Of a stretch of 58,173 nucleotides of DNA, positions 56,336 through 58,173 are shown one piece after another (within the stretch, counting starts at the first letter, position 1; the number at the start of each line of letters is the position of its first letter). The stretch spans positions 1 through 58,173 of IMG/VR virus record IMGVR_UViG_3300027741_000073; one strand, given 5' to 3'. The position numbers and the translations under genes were made by a program. The notes under the pieces were generated by a model. That model saw nothing but the letters and a program-made list of their open reading frames with translations. It did no database searches and was not told the origin of the DNA. The stretch is from a virus (lineage: Duplodnaviria; Caudoviricetes).

Positions 56336-56500
56336 ATGACGACTTTATACGGATTTAAATCAGACTACATCGACTACGTACAGAAACTACTACCTGACAT
56401 CGACTTTCTATACCATGACTCAGCGACCATCGCTGCATGGTTAAAGCCGTATGAGGTTAGAGACCTGTTCGTTAACGGTGTTAATACTTGGGTTTTATAA
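56336..56500 (+). CDS. small hypothetical protein (54 aa)
   Basis: Read by hand; GAAAGG RBS. Confidence 0.55.
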   Translation: MTTLYGFKSDYIDYVQKLLPDIDFLYHDSATIAAWLKPYEVRDLFVNGVNTWVL

Positions 56501-56510
56501 GAACTCCAGT

Positions 56511-56530
56511 AGTCGGTACCTAATAGGGAG
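56511..56530 (+). promoter_or_regulatory. putative phage RNAP promoter (AGTCGGTACCTAATAGGGAG)
   Basis: Perfect consensus followed by a T7-like GGGAG; intergenic. Confidence 0.7.
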
Positions 56531-56573
56531 TTTCTGAAAAATAATATCTATTAAATATTATTTTTAAAAGAGT

Positions 56574-56612
56574 AATAAAAAAGAGAATAGTCTAACTAAA
56601 GACTATTCTCTT
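56574..56612 (-). terminator. terminator for the 57077-56637 gene
   Basis: Perfect 13-bp stem AAGAGAATAGTCT / AGACTATTCTCTT with a T-run on the minus strand. Confidence 0.7.
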
Positions 56613-56636
56613 AATAAACCTCTCTCAAGACTATCT

Positions 56637-57077
56637 TTAAAGACCTTCTTTCGAGATTATCTCTTGCAGTTCCTCATCTGTTAGGTCTACTGTTCTTGTC
56701 ACATTGTTAGTCTCTACACGAGCTAACTTAGGATTCTCGTACTCTGCTAACTGAGCAGCATATCGAGCAGCATCCTCATAGTTGTTATCAGCTATAGCAG
56801 TATGAATAGCCATCCTTAACACATCCAAAGGAGATAAACGAGGTAACTCATCCATCACTTCAATAAAATTCTTAGCGTTAAGTTTAAATGCTTCTCTGGC
56901 GGCTATATTAGCCTGTCTTGAAGCTACACTCTTTAGCTGAGCTGACCTAGCCGTCTCAGAAGTTATGATTCTGAGATTAGCCAAAGAGTTAGGGTGTACT
57001 GTTTTACCTTTTGAAGGTATTGTACCCCTTCCAGCAGCGAAACCACTCTCTGGTTTAGCTGTATTTTCATTTTCCAT
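56637..57077 (-). CDS. putative terminase small subunit
   Basis: HPNSLANL motif, SPLD.L, A..LA.YE.PKL...E, DLTDEEL tail; has its own late-type promoter. Confidence 0.6.
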   Translation of the reverse strand: MENENTAKPESGFAAGRGTIPSKGKTVHPNSLANLRIITSETARSAQLKSVASRQANIAAREAFKLNAKNFIEVMDELPRLSPLDVLRMAIHTAIADNNYEDAARYAAQLAEYENPKLARVETNNVTRTVDLTDEELQEIISKEGL

Positions 57078-57103
57078 TATGTTCTCCTAAAAGATATTAT
57101 TAT

Positions 57104-57119
57104 CTATTAGGTACCATCT
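57104..57119 (-). promoter_or_regulatory. putative phage RNAP promoter (AGATGGTACCTAATAG)
   Basis: 14/16 match, upstream of the putative terS. Confidence 0.65.
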
Positions 57120-57149
57120 AGCAAACTTCTTCCAAAAGGAAATCATCCC

Positions 57150-57680
57150 ATGGCGACACAAGACAACAATTCGCGTAACGAAATCATCAAAGATGTTGAG
57201 TTACACTGGTGTAAACTAGACAAACCTGTTTCACCCTTCGGTACTGAACAGTACGAGATCAGCATCCAAGTTCCTAAAAAGCGTTCTTCTGAATTAGCTG
57301 TTTATGGTAACCCAAAGCCAGTTAAAGACCGTGATGGTAAAGATACTGGTCGTGTATCTATCAATCTTAAGAAGAAAGCTCTTAAGAAAGATGGTACAGA
57401 TGCCGCTAAAGTACGTGTAGTAAATACCAAGAAAGACTCTATCGATCCAAAGTCTATAGGCAATGGTTCTAAAGGTAACGTTATGGTCTACCTTCAAGAC
57501 TACGCTATCAAAGCTCCTAACGGTAAAGTGACTAAGGAAGGTACTTCAGTAATGTTAGTGGCTGTTCAAGTTACTAACCTTATTAAGTATGAGCCTAAGT
57601 CAGATAACTTCACAGACTTTGACTATGATGGTCAACCAACAACAGCTACCAACGCTGATGATGTTGAAGCCATATTCTAA
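57150..57680 (+). CDS. single-stranded DNA-binding protein (T7 gp2.5-like)
   Basis: W.KL..P, IGNGSKGNV, L.AVQV..L..Y; acidic tail ending in Phe. Confidence 0.8.
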   Translation: MATQDNNSRNEIIKDVELHWCKLDKPVSPFGTEQYEISIQVPKKRSSELAVYGNPKPVKDRDGKDTGRVSINLKKKALKKDGTDAAKVRVVNTKKDSIDPKSIGNGSKGNVMVYLQDYAIKAPNGKVTKEGTSVMLVAVQVTNLIKYEPKSDNFTDFDYDGQPTTATNADDVEAIF

Positions 57681-57697
57681 AACCTAGTTGTAAGTAT

Positions 57698-57722
57698 AAC
57701 CCTCTTAATTGAGGGTTTTTTA
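57698..57722 (+). terminator. intrinsic terminator after the SSB gene
   Basis: AACCCTC-TTAATT-GAGGGTT followed by a T-run. Confidence 0.8.
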
Positions 57723-57747
57723 TTCATTTTCTTTTTTAAGGTATATC

Positions 57748-58125
57748 ATGAAACTCACTAAAACTCAATTAAACTATGCTGAATCTAAACTCAATCGTAA
57801 GATTAATGAGTTACAGAACAAAAACGCTCCAGCCTATGTAGCTGACAGTCTTGAGACTCCTAACGGTATCTATGATGCTCTCGTTGCTATGGGTGTACCA
57901 GTAATGAGTCGTGAAGAGTTCAATAAAGAAACTTGCTGGTACAACTATCGTGATATTACTAAGATCATCAAGTTCCCTGAACAATTTACTAATAAAGCAA
58001 CAGCTTATAACGATGCAGCTACAGCTAATCGTGAGTACTACGAAAAGCTCCGTGAATCCATGCTCGATAAACTCTATCTTGCTGGTGATGCACAAGATGC
58101 CCTTGACTTAATCGAAAGCCTCTAA
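57748..58125 (+). CDS. hypothetical protein
   Basis: TAAGGT RBS before MKLTK; its 3' end is duplicated at 1-94. Confidence 0.7.
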   Translation: MKLTKTQLNYAESKLNRKINELQNKNAPAYVADSLETPNGIYDALVAMGVPVMSREEFNKETCWYNYRDITKIIKFPEQFTNKATAYNDAATANREYYEKLRESMLDKLYLAGDAQDALDLIESL

Positions 58126-58173
58126 TATGAAACAGTATACATTTGAACTAATTGAAAACTTCCCAGAACCCAC

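Noticed and set aside
260-58111. Numerous short opposite-strand or alternate-frame ORFs in the provided track (e.g. 260-589, 8575-8871, 14657-15067, 48938-49339)
   Set aside because: They overlap well-supported genes and show no recognisable motifs or RBS
1-58173. Classification as an N4-like (Schitoviridae) or T7-like (Autographiviridae) phage
   Set aside because: The vRNAP candidate is only 1302 aa and the other RNAP is single-chain, unlike N4; the two opposed arms, P22-like portal and DUF5309-type capsid are unlike T7
1-58173. tRNA genes, integrase or repressor, introns or inteins, alternative genetic code
   Set aside because: None recognised by eye; core genes are uninterrupted, of normal length and translate with the standard code (tRNAscan not run)

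Overview
The window is an apparently complete, circularly permuted genome of a lytic podovirus-like dsDNA phage. It has a 126-bp exact end overlap, giving a unit length of about 58,031 bp. The + strand arm (about 53.3 kb to the end, then 1-18.8 kb) carries small early genes, nucleotide-metabolism genes and a T7-like replication module (PolA, 5'-3' exonuclease, primase-helicase, SSB). It also carries a 733-aa T7-type RNA polymerase, a class II ribonucleotide reductase, thioredoxin and Dps. The - strand arm (53.06 kb down to 18.8 kb) carries terminase, portal, scaffold, capsid, tail and fibre genes, lysis genes, PhoH and three large ejection-type proteins. The two arms meet at a bidirectional terminator near 18.8 kb. 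The most notable signal is a candidate self-contained two-polymerase transcription and entry system with four parts. (1) The last structural gene (1302 aa, no cysteine) carries recognisable catalytic motifs of a second, highly diverged single-subunit RNA polymerase, so it is a candidate compact virion RNAP. (2) The probable leading end of the genome is almost free of adenine on the + strand. (3) An identical 23-nt hairpin element precedes the second and third early genes. (4) A different 16-nt motif (AGTCGGTACCTAATAG) precedes middle and late operons on both strands. All calls come from reading motifs by eye; no database searches were run.
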